From Salpingoeca rosetta (lineage: Eukaryota > Protista > Choanoflagellata): DNA of 64,000 bases. The stretch lies in NCBI GenBank assembly GCA_033442325.1, contig JAWQFM010000013.1, positions 440,077-504,076 of the forward strand. The letters run 5' to 3'. The notes below the pieces were generated by a model. The model did not search any database, had not been told where the DNA came from, and was given only the letters and a program-made list of their open reading frames with translations. How positions within the stretch are numbered: position 1 is the stretch's first letter; every line of letters begins with the position of its first letter. Of this stretch, positions 39,460 through 53,372 are shown in pieces. Both the position numbers and the translations under genes were made by a program.

Positions 39460-40099
39460 ATGCGCTCACCCCGTTGGCCAAGACAAAGCAGCAGCGAATG
39501 AGAGCGCCATCCAAGACGTTGGGGTAGAAGACACAGATCATGCAGCTGAGGTTGAGGAAGTAGCAAAAGTCGAGCAGGAAGTACTGGAACTTCTCCTTGA
39601 CATAGAGGTTCCATCTGGACAGCAGCAGCGGCACCAGCAGCATGCAGTAGAAGTAGCCAAAGACCTTTGGGTGCTCCAACACCATGTACTCAACAAGCAA
39701 GAGGAGGAGCACACCCAGCGTAAAGGACACCTTGTCAATGGTCTTCACCACAGGCACTTCCTTGAGGAAGTCCCTGACGCGCTTGTCGGAGCTGCCGGTG
39801 ATGACCTTGCGTCGCATGGCCGTCACCTTCTGGTCCATCTTGCCCTTGATCGTCTTCAGCCGGTCCTTGGTCTCCTTGATCTTCTTCTTCAAGGCCTTGG
39901 CCCGCTTGCCCAACTTGCGCACCCGTGTTTCCGGCTTGCGCCCGTCCTCACCCACATCATCCTCCACCTCGCCCTCCTCCTCTTCGTCTGAGGAGGCCAT
40001 CTCGTTGTTGAAGTCGTCCAGCAGCGTCTGCAGCGTCGACAGGAACCGACGTGCCCCCTCCTCCCCTTCAAACTCTTCCTCCTCCCTGTCATCCATCAT
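37486..40099 (-). CDS. GPC1: Glycerophosphocholine acyltransferase Gpc1/GPCAT (DUF2838) membrane protein, multi-exon
   Basis: [73 protein letters not shown] followed by a coiled-coil tail. Confidence 0.85.
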
Positions 40100-40681
40100 G
40101 GGTGTGTGTGTGTGTGGTGTTGCTGCTCTTGTGTTGGTGGTGTGTGTCGTTTGTGGTGGATGGCTCTCTTTGTTTTCGTTGTTCTGCTTTGTTCTTGTTT
40201 GTGTTTTTCCTTGCTTGCTTGCATCCAGCCCTCCCCATTCCGCTCGCCCACCGTTTGATACAGACAAGTTGCACCTGCTTTGTGGTTGCTGTGGGTCCTG
40301 TATTGTCATAAACGGGCCTCACCACACACACACACATATACACACATACAAATGCACAACACACATACACACACATACACATACACACACACACACAACA
40401 CATGCACACATGCACAAACAACATGACATGACATGACGCACATTCAACACACAACGCACAAGCACACCAGAGACGCAATCGCACTGCACACGGCAACTAT
40501 TCACGCACAGAGCACTGAATAATACAGGCAAAACTACGTTCAAGGTTGGAAGGAAGCAAGAGGGAACACTTACACACGCAGAAAAGCAAGACAAAGAGGA
40601 GACTGGGCGGAAGGGATAGGGAAGCCTGGCAACACAGAAACAAACAAACACACAACGCCAGCACTTCCTTCACACATGCTG

Positions 40682-40735
40682 TCAACTTGCTTCGCCTCCT
40701 GCAATAGAGACAGAGCGAGAGATAAAGGGTGTTAA

Positions 40736-40820
<85 letters not shown>

Positions 40821-43294
40821 ACCTCCTGCAACCTACAATCCTGCAGACATGTGTTCACAAGCAGCATATGCGACAGCAGACATCCAATCCAACCAACTTG
40901 CGACACTCCCGGCACATGCACACGCTCACCTCGGTGCTGTGTTGATTGTGAGGGCGGCTGAGAATGGCCTGTGTGTGTGTCCTCGTAGTTGGGCTCCAGC
41001 CCTGGTGGCGCAAACAGCTGCCCCGATGGCGGGGGTTGATTAACAAAGTAGCCTGACAACATCACAGCCCATGGCACGCAAATGTCAGCGGATGGTTACC
41101 AAGGTGACTCGAGCAAGCAACATACTCACACACACACATTCACACACACACACACACACACATTCACACACACACTCACACTCACACAAACTCATTCACT
41201 CACGTACACACACACTCACTAACTCACTCACGTACACACACACACACACTCACACACTCACTCACTCACACACTCACTCACGCACGCACGCACTCACGCA
41301 CGCACTCACTCACGCACGCACGCACTCACGCACGCACTCACGCACGCACTCACGCACGCACTCACGCACTCCCTCAGCAAAAGGCACACCAACCTGACTG
41401 TGACTGCGATGTCGCCTGGATATGTTGCTGTGTCTGCTGCTGTGTCTGCTGTGGTTTGATGTGCAGGTTTGGAAACAGCTCCTGCAGCGCGTTGGTGCCC
41501 GATGAAGACCCACCAGACACCCGCTGCTGCTGCTGTGATCCCATTTGGGGCATGCCCCACGATGATGCTGATGACGCCGATGTGGCGCTGCCATCGTGCC
41601 TGCTCGCAGTGTGCTGCTGCTGCAGTTGGTGGTGTGACGGCAGTGGTGGGAGGGGCGCATGCCACGATGCCTGGTCCTCCCCTACATCGTGGCCGTAGCT
41701 GGGCGACAGCGCTGGGTCAATGAATGCGTGCATTGCAGGGTCGTGTGCGTGGGATGTGTGGTGGTGATGGTGCTGGCTTTCATGCTGCTGTTGGTGGTGG
41801 TGCGGGTGCATGTGTTGTGGGTGCTGCTGCCGCTGGTGGTGAGCCGGGGCGGCATGTGTGGACGAGTTTGGAAAGAGCAGCTGCATCTGCTCCTGCCACG
41901 ACATGGACATGGAGCTGCCCGCCACATCAGTGGGGTGTGTCGAAGCGGCCGTCGTCGCAGCCGGTGCATCCACCTGCCAAGGATTCCCAGAGGGCGCCTG
42001 CACAAAAATAAAATCACACATGCACACATGAACACATGCACATTACCATAAGCATGAATGAGCACCATGAGAAAGAACACGCACAATACTTTGCCTTCCT
42101 TCCTCATCGACCTCCAACACCACCATCATCTCCATCTCCATCTCCAGTACCCTGCCTCCAGCTCCAACTCCAACACCTGCACTCTCCCGCCACCCTCCTT
42201 TCCTCCTGTCCTCCCTGTTCCAGCGCTCATCACATCGCCATCCCGCGTGCCTCCTCAACCCCTCAACCACCACCGCCCAAACCCTCCTCCAGCACCGCAC
42301 CGCTGGCTGCGACGTGAAGTGGAACTCCGACGACAGCTGCGCGTATGTCGGAGTGATGGGTTCAAAGTCGTCCGTGGGCAGCTCCTCAAGTGAGGGCAGC
42401 GTCGACTGAATCTCTCCATATCCAATGCCCGGCAGCGGCGGCAGTCCCATCGCACTGTTGCCCGTGGCTGTGGACGCCGCCGTCGCCGCGATGATGCTGC
42501 TGCTGCTGCTGCTGCCCCAAATGTCCGACGCGGGCGGCAGTGATGGCAGCGTCCACGTCACCCCAGCTGCCGTCGTCGTCGCTGGTGCCCCTGGCGCCGG
42601 GCCCGATGCTGCTGTGGACGGTGCTGCTGATTGCGCTGGCAGCGGCGGCGTGGGAATGCTCTGCAGCGGTGGCAGGCCGCTCGACAGGCTCCACGTCACA
42701 GAGCTGCTCGCCTGTGATGCTGGCGGTGGCCCTTGCTGGTTGTGTTGTTGCTGCTGTTGTTGTGGTGGTGGGGGTTGTGTTTGCTGTTGCTGTGGTGGTT
42801 GTGTTTGTGGAGGTTGTTTTTGTTGTTGTGGTGGGGGTTGTGTGTGTTGCTTTTGCGGAGAAGACGCTTGGGCAGGTGACGGCTGCTGCTGCGCTGCTTG
42901 TTGTGCTATTGCAGGCGCGCGCGACTGTTGTGTGTGTGCCTTGGATTGTGTGGACGGCTGTGTTTGTGGCGGCGGTGGCTGTGTTTGTGTTGTGTGTTTG
43001 GAGGACGCGTGTTGCTGCTGGGGTTGTTGCAGACCGCTCTGTGAAGACAATTTGTCCGGTTGTGTGCTGGATTTGCCCACGGACTGCTGCTGCTGCTGCT
43101 GCGACGGCTGTTTCTGTGATTTGTGCGGCGCTGCCTTCTTCTCCGCGGCCTGCGGCTGTTTCGCTGCAACCTGCGCTGCTGCTGCTGGTTTGCCAGACTT
43201 GGCTGCTGCCGGTTGCTTCGTTCCCGCCGCTGTGTTCCGCTTCGCCTGCTGCGCCGCAACAGCCGTGGGCGGCGGCGGCGGTGGCTGCTGCTGT

Positions 43295-43362
<68 letters not shown>

Positions 43363-43511
43363 GGCTGCTGCGGCCGCGGCCAACTTGGCCTGGCGCGCTG
43401 CAGCGCTCGCCTTCCGCGTAGGCAGACGGGAGCTGACGGTGGTCAGGCTGGGAAAATCGCCTGGCAGCACGCGTGTACCGCCCTTGACACCGCGCCTAAC
43501 ACACAACGCAC

Positions 43512-43563
<52 letters not shown>

Positions 43564-44553
43564 GTGCAGATGGTGAGTGGCACAAACGCGAGTGGCACAA
43601 AGTGGGTAGAATGTATCGGCACCAGTACCGACGCGCGCAAAGAAGAGAAATGCGAGCAGCAAACCCACTTGAGGTGGTGTGATGCGACGTCTGCAACGTG
43701 CTTGCCCATGTTCATCTCCTCCTTGGTGAAGCTATCCGCCTTGTTTCCAAGCTCGTGCAGATACATGCAGTCAGGATTGTTGCTGCTCGCGTGTGTGTGT
43801 GTGTGTATGTGTGTGTGTGCGTGTGTGTGTGTGTGCGTGTGTGTGTGTGTGTGTGTGTGGAGTATGTCATGTATCGCGTGTCGTGTGTGTGTGTGTGTGC
43901 CGTGTGTGTGCCGTGTGTGTGCCGTGTGTGTGCCGTGTGTGTGTGTGTGTGCCGTGTGTCGTGTGTAAGTCATTGAGCAAGGATCATGCCACAGCAGTCG
44001 TTACAGCTGCTACACCCGCGCTTCCCCCCGAAACAACACCGCACAAGGAGGCCAGGAGGATGTGAGTGTGCAACACGTTCTCACCAGGGCTGGTGGCGAA
44101 GAAAGCTGTTGCAGTACTTGGTGGTTCCATGATACGTGCGGATCACGCGGTCATCCATCGTCGTCTCGTCTGCCGTGAAACAGCGCCACGCACACACGCA
44201 TATACATGCAAGTGAGGCGATGAATGCGGACAGCACGGCATGCAGCAATAGCCAACAATATGGTGAAGAGGAGGAGGAGGAGGAGGAGGAATGGGCATCG
44301 ACCACCTGGTCATCAACACAGCAACAAGCACAACCCGCCAGCATCAACAACATCAACACAACCAGCACACGGCGCCACAAGAAGCTGCTGTGGCTGTTTG
44401 GCTGTAACACACTAACTTACTCACTTACTCACTCACTCACTCACTCACTCACTCACTCACTCACACACACACACACACACTCACTCACTCACTCACTCAC
44501 TCACTCATTCACTCACTCATTCACTCACTCACTCACACACACACACACACACA

Positions 44554-44593
<40 letters not shown>

Positions 44594-45636
44594 ACTGCTG
44601 CTAATGCACACACGCTACCTCTCTCAACCGCACGGGCAAGCACGCGCAGACGGCTTACCAGCAAGAGCAACGCAGGCGGATGTCATTTGATGCGTATGTG
44701 ATGTAGACGCTGTACGTGTGGTCAGCAGGCTCGCCATATGGATGCTGCCTGTTGACGACAACCTTGATGATCTTGCCAAACTTGCCAAAGTATTCATACC
44801 GCTTCAGCGTGGACTGGACATGGCACGCGTGGGTTGATGACCACAACATTGGGCAATGGCGGGTTGAGGATAGGGTGTTTGTATGGGCAGTAGCCGTGAG
44901 TGGGCAGAACAAGTGGTCGAAACAAACAGCACAACAGCACAACAGCGCATCAGCGCAACCGTGAACAAGCTTTTTCCACAACCTCGTCACCCACACGCTA
45001 GTACGCACAGCACACAGGTCGACACACACGCACACACACACACACTCACTCACTCACTCACTCACTCACTCACTCACTCACTCACTCACTCACTCACTCA
45101 CTCACTCACACTCACACGCACGCAAGCATCCCCCTCCCATCCCCCCTCCACTCCTGTGGGCGCACCTCTTCGGCTAGGCGAGGGGGGATGCCGATGGCAT
45201 ACACAAGGTTGCGCTGCACAACGCGGATGTTGATGAGCGACTTCCTGCTCTCAATCTCCTTCTGCCGCTGCTCGTGCTTGCGCTGCTTCTCGGCCTCCTT
45301 CAGCCTTGGTGGTGTCATGTTGATGGCGGCAAATATTGTGAGCAAGAGACAATCGGGGGGCGGGAGGTGCAGCTGCTGCAGTGGCAGGTTGTGTTGCGCA
45401 AAAACGAGAGAAAACGCAGAGAGAGGGGGAGGGGGGAGACAGGGATCTCGCATGGAGTCGTGTGTACATGGTTACAGACAGCAATATTGTGCTCACCACA
45501 CCACCAACAAGTAGCATCGCACACTTGCGTAAACGTGCGTACCCACGCACGCACATGGATGCGCACATACACACATACATATCACACACATCACATACAT
45601 CACATACATATCACATACATCACATACGCACACAGA

Positions 45637-45683
<47 letters not shown>

Positions 45684-46402
45684 TCTCTCTCTCTCTCTCC
45701 ATCGGCTAGCGTGCAGGGGCGGGCATGTGCTTGTTGAGTCGCACTGCATACTTTCTGATCTGCTCGGCGGAGACAGGGTGGTACTCTGCTGGCTCGTCGG
45801 CGTACACCTGCCGACACGCAGGGCATAAGCCATCCTTCTCCGTGCGGATCTTGTGCCAACAGAAACGACAAATCTGTCGCAGAGCAGAGCATGTGTGTGT
45901 GGGCTCGATGAGGGCACATGCATGCTCACGAGGTGGCCCGCATTCGCACACAACGCTTGGCACGCCATCGGCAGAGTGCAGAGTTGTGTCGCCCCCGCCC
46001 CAACGAACTCACACACACATACATACACACACACACATGTACACAAGCAAAGCTGTACAAGGTCGCCCTCACAACCCACTTGATAGCCACAGGGACACGG
46101 GTAGAAGCGCTGGTCATCGAGCTCCAACGGCTCCATGCACAAAGGGCACTGACACCAAGGAGAGCAAAGGGCAGTGCGTGCGAATCGGGTGCGAAAAGGA
46201 TGAGCGGGCATCATTTCCAAAAAGACACCGCGCGACAGCAACAGCACCAGCGCATGCGTACGTTCGTTTCCCTCGACACCAGCCCCCTCCACATGCACAT
46301 GCGCAAATGCATATGCGCAAATGCACATGCACAAGCACACGCACGCGCGCGTACATATTCCCGTATGTGTACCTCAGCCTCGCCGTCTGAATCGCTGTCC
46401 AT
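40682..46402 (-). CDS. CNOT4: CCR4-NOT subunit 4 E3 ligase (C4C4 RING, RRM, C3H1, long Q/P-rich tail), multi-exon
   Basis: [103 protein letters not shown]. The last exon and stop are tentative. Confidence 0.93.
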
Positions 46403-47305
46403 GGCTGTGCGAATACTGCTCCGGCCGTCTCCCTCGCTCTCTCGCTCTCTCGCTCTCTCGCTCTCTCCTGCCCTCGCTTCTCCTCCTGAAGACAGCATGC
46501 AAATGTGGTTGTGTGATGTGTGGTTAGCGCCATGAACGTAACGTGCAGCGACCAAGCTGGTGAAGTGAAGCAAGAAGAGGGAACGGGAACGCGCTGCAGC
46601 GGTAACGTCAGCAGCAACGTCAGTGGCGAGAGAGCAACCCACTGCTTCCCGCCCAGACACACACGCACACACACACGCACACACGCACACAAGCACACAC
46701 GCACACACGCACACACGCACGCACACACGCACGCACGCACGCACACACACACACACGCACACACACGCACACACACGCACACACAGACGACATCCATGGC
46801 CAGATGTCGAAGCACGTGTCTTCGGAAACCAGCCCAGCCCAGCCCAGCCAGCCCAGCCCAGCCCAGCCAGCCAGCCAGCCAGTAAGCCAGACATCGACCC
46901 ACCACTCCCACCACCACCACTCGCAACACCAACACATCATGTCACACACACACACACACACACCACAACGCCCGCCCCAACGAAGCACCCACCGCGTGGT
47001 TCGTGTGTCCCCTCTTTTTCCGTCGCCTCGCCTGCTGGCTCTTGTGCAGTTGTTGCTTTTCTGCTCCCTGCTGCTCGTCTTCCACGTTATCCTTCTGCAC
47101 AATTTTTTTTTTTTCGAGCTGCCTCACTTCCCCTGCCACTGCTCTGTAGATTTATTGCTGGAGATTTTAACTATTTTTCCTTACAGGGGAATATGGTGGA
47201 TAGTGCGTGCGCTTGTCAAGAACCAAGGCACGTTTCCGTGGTCGGTGTATGTTTCGCACACAGTGGCAAGCCAAAACCGGAGTGCGCATTGGCTGAGTGC
47301 ATGTG

Positions 47306-47320
47306 CCTTTTTCCTCTCTG
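47306..47320 (+). promoter_or_regulatory. Candidate 5'-TOP/TCT pyrimidine initiator of RPS21
   Basis: CCTTTTTCCTCTCT about 60 bp before the RPS21 ATG; reverse CCAAT (ATTGG) just upstream. Confidence 0.4.
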
Positions 47321-47367
47321 ACCCCCTGCTTCGCCCACCGAATACACCACCACCACCACCACCAGCC

Positions 47368-48555
47368 ATGCAGAACCTCGAAGGCCGCCTTGTGGATCTC
47401 TACATCCCCAGGAAGTGGTGAGTACCTGCTTCTGGTCTTGGGGCCAAGGGGGGAGGCAAGGGCGTCAGTGCATGTACAGGTTTCGTGTGCGTTTGTGTTT
47501 GTGTGTGTGTGTGTGTGTGAAAGTGCGTGTTTGTGTGTGTGAAAGTGCGTTTGGTGCTGGCACGACGACGATACAACAGCGACCACGGAGGGTGGGGACC
47601 GGAGAGTGCCGACGCTCGCTCGCTGTGCCTGAATGAATGAAAGGGCCTCCAAGCAAGCAGGCAGATGGCTACCTGAACGGAGTGCGTGGCGAACATGGAG
47701 ACAACGTGTACAGCGACCGCACTCCTGCAACACACACGACAGCAGTGCGCAGACGATTGATGGTGGCGCGCTGCAGTTTGTTGCACATGACCACACCAAC
47801 ACATGATGATGAGAAAGCCAGCATGTCGTTCGTCTTGTCGTGAGCAGAGCCAACCCAACACGTGCTTAACAAGCAGAGGGAGAACGCGCGCTGCACCAGC
47901 ATTTGGCCAGATGACGTCCTTCTGTGTCACAACATCAACCACATTCAACTTTCTTCAGCTCTGTTCTCGACTTGACTCAACTCACACATGTACACGCACG
48001 CACCTACCTCTCTTTTGTTTTCGTCTTCGCTTCTTTCTCTCCCTCGCGTGCGCGTGATGTCACGGATGCAGCTCTGCCACCAACAACCTGATTGGTGCCT
48101 CCGACCACGCTTCCATCCAGGTTGACATTGCCAAGGTTGACAAGTCCACAGGTATCATGATGCCCGATGCAGTCCACTCCTACGTCTTCTGCGGCGAGGT
48201 CCGCGCCCAGGTAATTATGATCGACCACGCTATCATCGCGTGTGTGAGTGTGTGAATGTGTGGGCTGCGCTGTGTGGGTGGCTCGAGAGAAATCGACAGC
48301 ACAGGCGTTCGCCGTGTGGCTGTGTTGTGTTGATTGTCAAACACTGTTTCTGTTACTCATGTTTTGTCATGTGTTGCTGCTCCTCCTGCTCCACCTCAGG
48401 GCGAGACAGACGATTCTCTCAACCGGTTGGCGACCCAGGACGGCATCCTCAAGAAGTACGTGATTGTGTTCATGCATGGGTGCTATGTTTGTTGGTTGGC
48501 GGTGATGCAGCCCCTGATCCTTTGCTGTTGTTGTTGTTGTTGTTTGCTCTGCTGC

Positions 48556-48602
<47 letters not shown>

Positions 48603-48761
48603 GCTCCCTGTGTTCAATTCAAAGTGCCACCTTTCGCGTGCTCACAAACACATCCCACACACCGACTGCTGTGTTTTGACACGTCACTCGTCCTTCCCCT
48701 CTTCTTCGACTCTTTGTTGTGGTTTTTTTTTTTTTTTTGCAGCGTGTACGAGAAGAACTAA
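47368..48761 (+). CDS. RPS21: 40S ribosomal protein eS21, 4 coding exons
   Basis: MQNLEGRLVDLYIPRKC|SATNNLIGASDHASIQVDIAKVD...CGEVRAQ|GETDDSLNRLATQDGILK|NVYEKN-TAA. Confidence 0.97.
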
Positions 48762-49405
48762 GCAGCGTCGGATGCATGTGTCGTTGTGTTGATGGTTGAA
48801 GCTGATGATGGTCTTGATGATGTTGGTGTGACGTGTGTGCTGATCTCGCAATGTCCTCGCTGGATTGCTTGGCCAATGTTGAGAGCCAGTAAACACGGCG
48901 CGCTCCACAAACGACCATGATTTGGCATCCCGACACGAAGCAGACGCACACTTGAGACAACACTGTAGTCTGGGCAGTTGTTTCTTCCACAACACCGCGC
49001 CACTCTGCTTTGTGTGCGTGTGTGTTTGCTGTGCGCTTTCGTGATGGTGGCAGGTGTTGGTTGTACTGTGGGCACCTAAGCAAACAGGTGAACAAAACAA
49101 GCAAGAAAGGGGTGACAGCAATGTCGGGCCACAAGCCCAATCACTCATGTCAAATCGATCAACTCACACACAAGCAAGCAAGCACGTTGAGGTTGGAAGA
49201 GACACAAGGGCGTGCGTGGCGACGCTGTTTTGTGTGACGTGACATGACATGACAACAGAGACGACCAGCAAGGAGTTCGCAGGAAGGGGGAGAGAGAAAC
49301 AAACAAGGAATGGAACGAATGAAGAGCGTGGAAAGAAACGCAGAAGAGACAAAGGCGCTGCGATGAGAGGCGCGCACGCCTGGCACGCTTGGCACACGCT
49401 GCCCG

Positions 49406-49720
49406 CTAGAGGAGCTGGCCACGGCAGCCCTCGCCGTGGCACGGCGGGAACGGGTACACATCGGGGATGATGTTGACCTGGCTGGTAAACACGTGCGGCA
49501 CAACGCCAACCTCCGCCCGAAACTGGACCTGTAGATTGGGCAAATTGGGCCAGGATGGGCGTATGCGGGAACGGGGTTGAAGGTTAGAACGCAACAGCAA
49601 GGCTTGAAAGTGAACACAGCAGCACAGCCAACCTCATGGTACCACAAGTCACATGAAAACAAACACTTGATGTAACACGTGTGTGCACACTTTCACAATC
49701 AAACATACAATCACGCGTAT

Positions 49721-49770
<50 letters not shown>

Positions 49771-52275
49771 CCATTCACAAACAAATTCACACACACCCAT
49801 GCACAAACACACACACACACAACTTACGTCGAGGAGGAAGGCGCGCCAGCCGGCGGGCGGGTTGTCAAAGTGCACCTCATAGTGGGTGTCATCAATCTTG
49901 GTGGCAGCCTCCTTTTGCCAGAGCACGGGCTGGATGCACTCGCCAGAGACCTTGATGTACGGGCAGTTCTCGCCGCCGATGATGAGGCGCCAGTCGCGGC
50001 GCGTGTGGTTGAGCGTGTCGGCCCAGCGCACAGTCACGCGTGACGGCTTCTCGGACGTGGTGAGCTTGATGCTGCCGCCAGTGCTGCTGTTGCTCATGGT
50101 CCAGGTCATGGAGGGGCGTGGCTTGTCGGCAAGCACGTCGTGCGCAAAGGACGAGATGCCCTCAATCACCTCGACCAGGTTGGTGGCCAGCGAGTGCTCT
50201 GCGTTGTGCACCATGAGCAGGTGCGTCTCGCCCTTGAGCTTGCCCCACCAGAACCAGTTGTCGTCGTTCATGAAGAACTCGTCCCCGGTGGAGTCGATCA
50301 CCAGCTTGGGCATGGTCAGGCGATCCGCATACGAGAGCGGGTCGATGATGGCGGTCATCTTGGGGAAGTTGGGGTCGTCCAGGCGCGCCGTGAAGTTCAT
50401 GTTGTAGTAGTCCTTGAGGGCAAAGCTCCACCCGCCGTACGCCTGCCAGAAGTGGTGGATGTTGGGCACCATGTTCAGCATGTCCATGACAATAGGGATG
50501 GCGCCAATCACGCGCTTGTCGACGGCAGCGGTGGTCCACGTTGTCCAGCCGCGCTTGGAGGCGCCCGCAACAACATACTCCGTGACGTTCATGCCACGCA
50601 GCTTCTGCAGGAAGGCGGTGGTGGTGTCCATGCAGCGAACGGCGGCCTTGGTCATGGGCAGGCGCAGCAGCCACTCGGACTCGTCTGGGTGGTCGAGGAA
50701 GTGGTTCCACGTGTAGGCGATGATGGCGTCCTCCGTGCGGCGCTTGGGCGGCTGCTCGGCCTTGAAGTAGATGGGCTCGTTGGGCACTTGGAAGAGAACA
50801 GAGCAGGCAGAGCCCGTGGTCACGGCCACCGCGGCGCACAACAGAATGTCCTCGCCACCGCCATCGGGGACGCTGCCCGTGTTGCTCCCGCCTGCAGATG
50901 CAATGAGTGGGAAAGTGTGTGTGTGAATGTGTATGTGTGTGTGTGTGAATGTGTGTGAATGTGTGTGTGTGTGAATGTGTGTGTGTGTGAATGTGTGTGT
51001 GTGAATGTGTATGTGTGTGTGTGAATGTTGGACGAGGGCAGTGCAGTGGCGTGCGTTGGTGTGGACGCTACTGATTGAATGCGCGAACGATCGAGGTCGT
51101 GCGCGGCTGGGCTGGTAAGTCCGCCACGAAGGCCTCACCACACATGAAGCCTCAACTGCTCTCACTTTGACACACATGCACACATGCACGCACCTGTGAT
51201 GTACATGAAGGCGCGCTTGTGGTAGTTGAGCTCATCGGGGACAACAACGGCAATCTGTGTTGTGGAAACAGCCGCAATGGCAAAGGTGAGGACATGTACA
51301 AGCGCTTATAACGGCAGCAGAAAAAAGTGTGTGTGTGTGTGTGTTCAAGTGTGCTCGTGTGTCAGTGTGTGTGTGTGTGTGTTCGTACGTTCGTACCACA
51401 CTGTGTGTGTGTCTCATGGCAGGCACAGCAGCGATCGCGCAACATGCACAGCTTTGTGGATGCAACTCACGTAATGCCACCAGATGCTCTGGGAGACCTC
51501 CTTCTCGGAGAGCCACTGCTGGGAGGTCATGTTCAAGACATAGCCAGTGTAACCAGGGCCATGGAACGTGCTGTTGGGCTGCACATGTGTGTGTGCATGC
51601 GTGTATGGATATGTGTGCGTGTGTGTGTGTGTGTGTATGCATGTGTGCATGGATGTATGGATGTGTGCGTGTGTGTAGTGTGAGGTTCCAAGGTATGGCA
51701 CACAGAGCAATTGTATTGTATGCAAAGCAATCACAGCCCTCACATGGCTATGACACCAGCTGAGCAACGCACCACTTGGGCCCAGGTGTAGTGGGAATCG
51801 GGCTTGTTGACGTATTTGTCCAGAGGCGACTCATCGCCGGGCGCAGCCCGAGCGTACGGGTTGGCCAGCGCCGTGCCCTGAAATTAAAGGATGAGGTGTT
51901 GAGAGAGAGGGGAAAGAAGGGTAGGGGAAAGAGGGGAAAGAGAGAGGAGAGAGAGAGAGAGAAAGACAAAGAGAGAGAGACACACACACACAACACACCA
52001 CAACATAGCGCAGGTGAGTGGATGATCTGATTGATGGCGCGTGTCTCCTCAACACAACACAACACAACACAACACGAATCAAGCAAGCACTATGAGGCAG
52101 CACATGATGCCAACATCACCAATCCAAATCCACTCTTACACACATACAGACACCACACCCACATTAAGCCATACACACACACATGCACACACGGGCACGC
52201 ATGCAAGATGCGCACCGCTGCGAGGCCAACGACAAGCAGGGCTGCCAGAGCAGCGACACCACCAGTGATCTGCAT
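49406..52275 (-). CDS. Secreted PqaA / AprA-like alpha/beta-hydrolase (PhoPQ-activated pathogenicity-related family)
   Basis: Signal peptide MQITGGVAALAALLVVGLAA; LDKYVNKPDSHY, LNMTSQQW, IWWH, LFQVPNEP, RTEDAIIAYTW, LRLPMTKAAVRCMD, nucleophile GASKRGWTTW, YGGWSFALKDYY, IIDPLSY, GDEFF, NAEH; ends PCHGEGCRGQLL. Confidence 0.88.
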
Positions 52276-53372
52276 GGTGGCGGAACGAGAAGAAGCAAAG
52301 CAGCACAACACCCAAACAAACAACAACAAGCAAGGGGATATCGTCGTGGTGGGAAGAAATGTGTGGCTGCTCACATCAGTGTGTTGTTCTGCTGCTGTGC
52401 TTCTTCTCCCTCCAAAACAAGGATCGTTCGCAAAATTTCTCCGCTCCTTTTTATGGTGTCAAATACAGTGGAAGGACTCAAAACGAAACTGAAAGGATGG
52501 TGGCGAAAGCTGACACACCTGCGTATGATTGCGTGTAGCGCGTGACGATTCTCAATGCAAGCAAAGGCACTGCAAGCAAGCGAGGTTGCGTTTTGTGTCT
52601 TGCGTTGGCAACAAAGTGCGCGCTTTGTTGTTTGTCAGGGGTGGGGTCGTGTCAACAAATGTCAGTCAATGGCAGCAGCCACAAACCACAAGCCACAGAC
52701 AGCAGGCGTACTGCTCTTTGCCTCTCGATCTCGTATGACGTTGTGACTGAAGTGGAGTTGGGTGCGCCGACTTTCTTTCGAATGGGTGGTCCTTCGTTGC
52801 TTCTTTTTTTTTTTCGCGCCCTGCTGCCATAACAAACCACCCAAACAACCTACGCAGACAAGACCAGACGAACCAACCAACCCACAAGGCACGAAGCCAG
52901 CAGTGCAAGAGGCACACGGTGGCCCACAGCAACCGAGCCACCAGCCAGACCACCAACCAACCAGACATTCCACACGAGCGGATAGCTGACGGAAGCAGGA
53001 CCGACAACTGACTGGCTGACTGGCTGACAGACAGCAGCTGGCCAGCAGCAACCAACCACGGCACTTCTTCAGCACACAAGGACTTGACAACGAAAACTGC
53101 TGCAGCACCCACCAAAGTGCAGGCAGCCCAGACACACCGACCACCTCCTGAACAACCAACCCTCCATTCACCCTCATATGAAATCCACCAAACTATACGT
53201 GCGTGAGCACACCTAACCTTGCACCAACCAACACCAATCACAGCACTTGCCACAGCCACCACTTCGTGGATCGGTGTTTCCTTCTCTTGCTTTGGCTTCT
53301 TTTCATTTCCTTCTTCTCCTTGTTTCTCCTTGGACCGCTGCCACGACGGTTACGTTGCACGCCAACGCAGAC

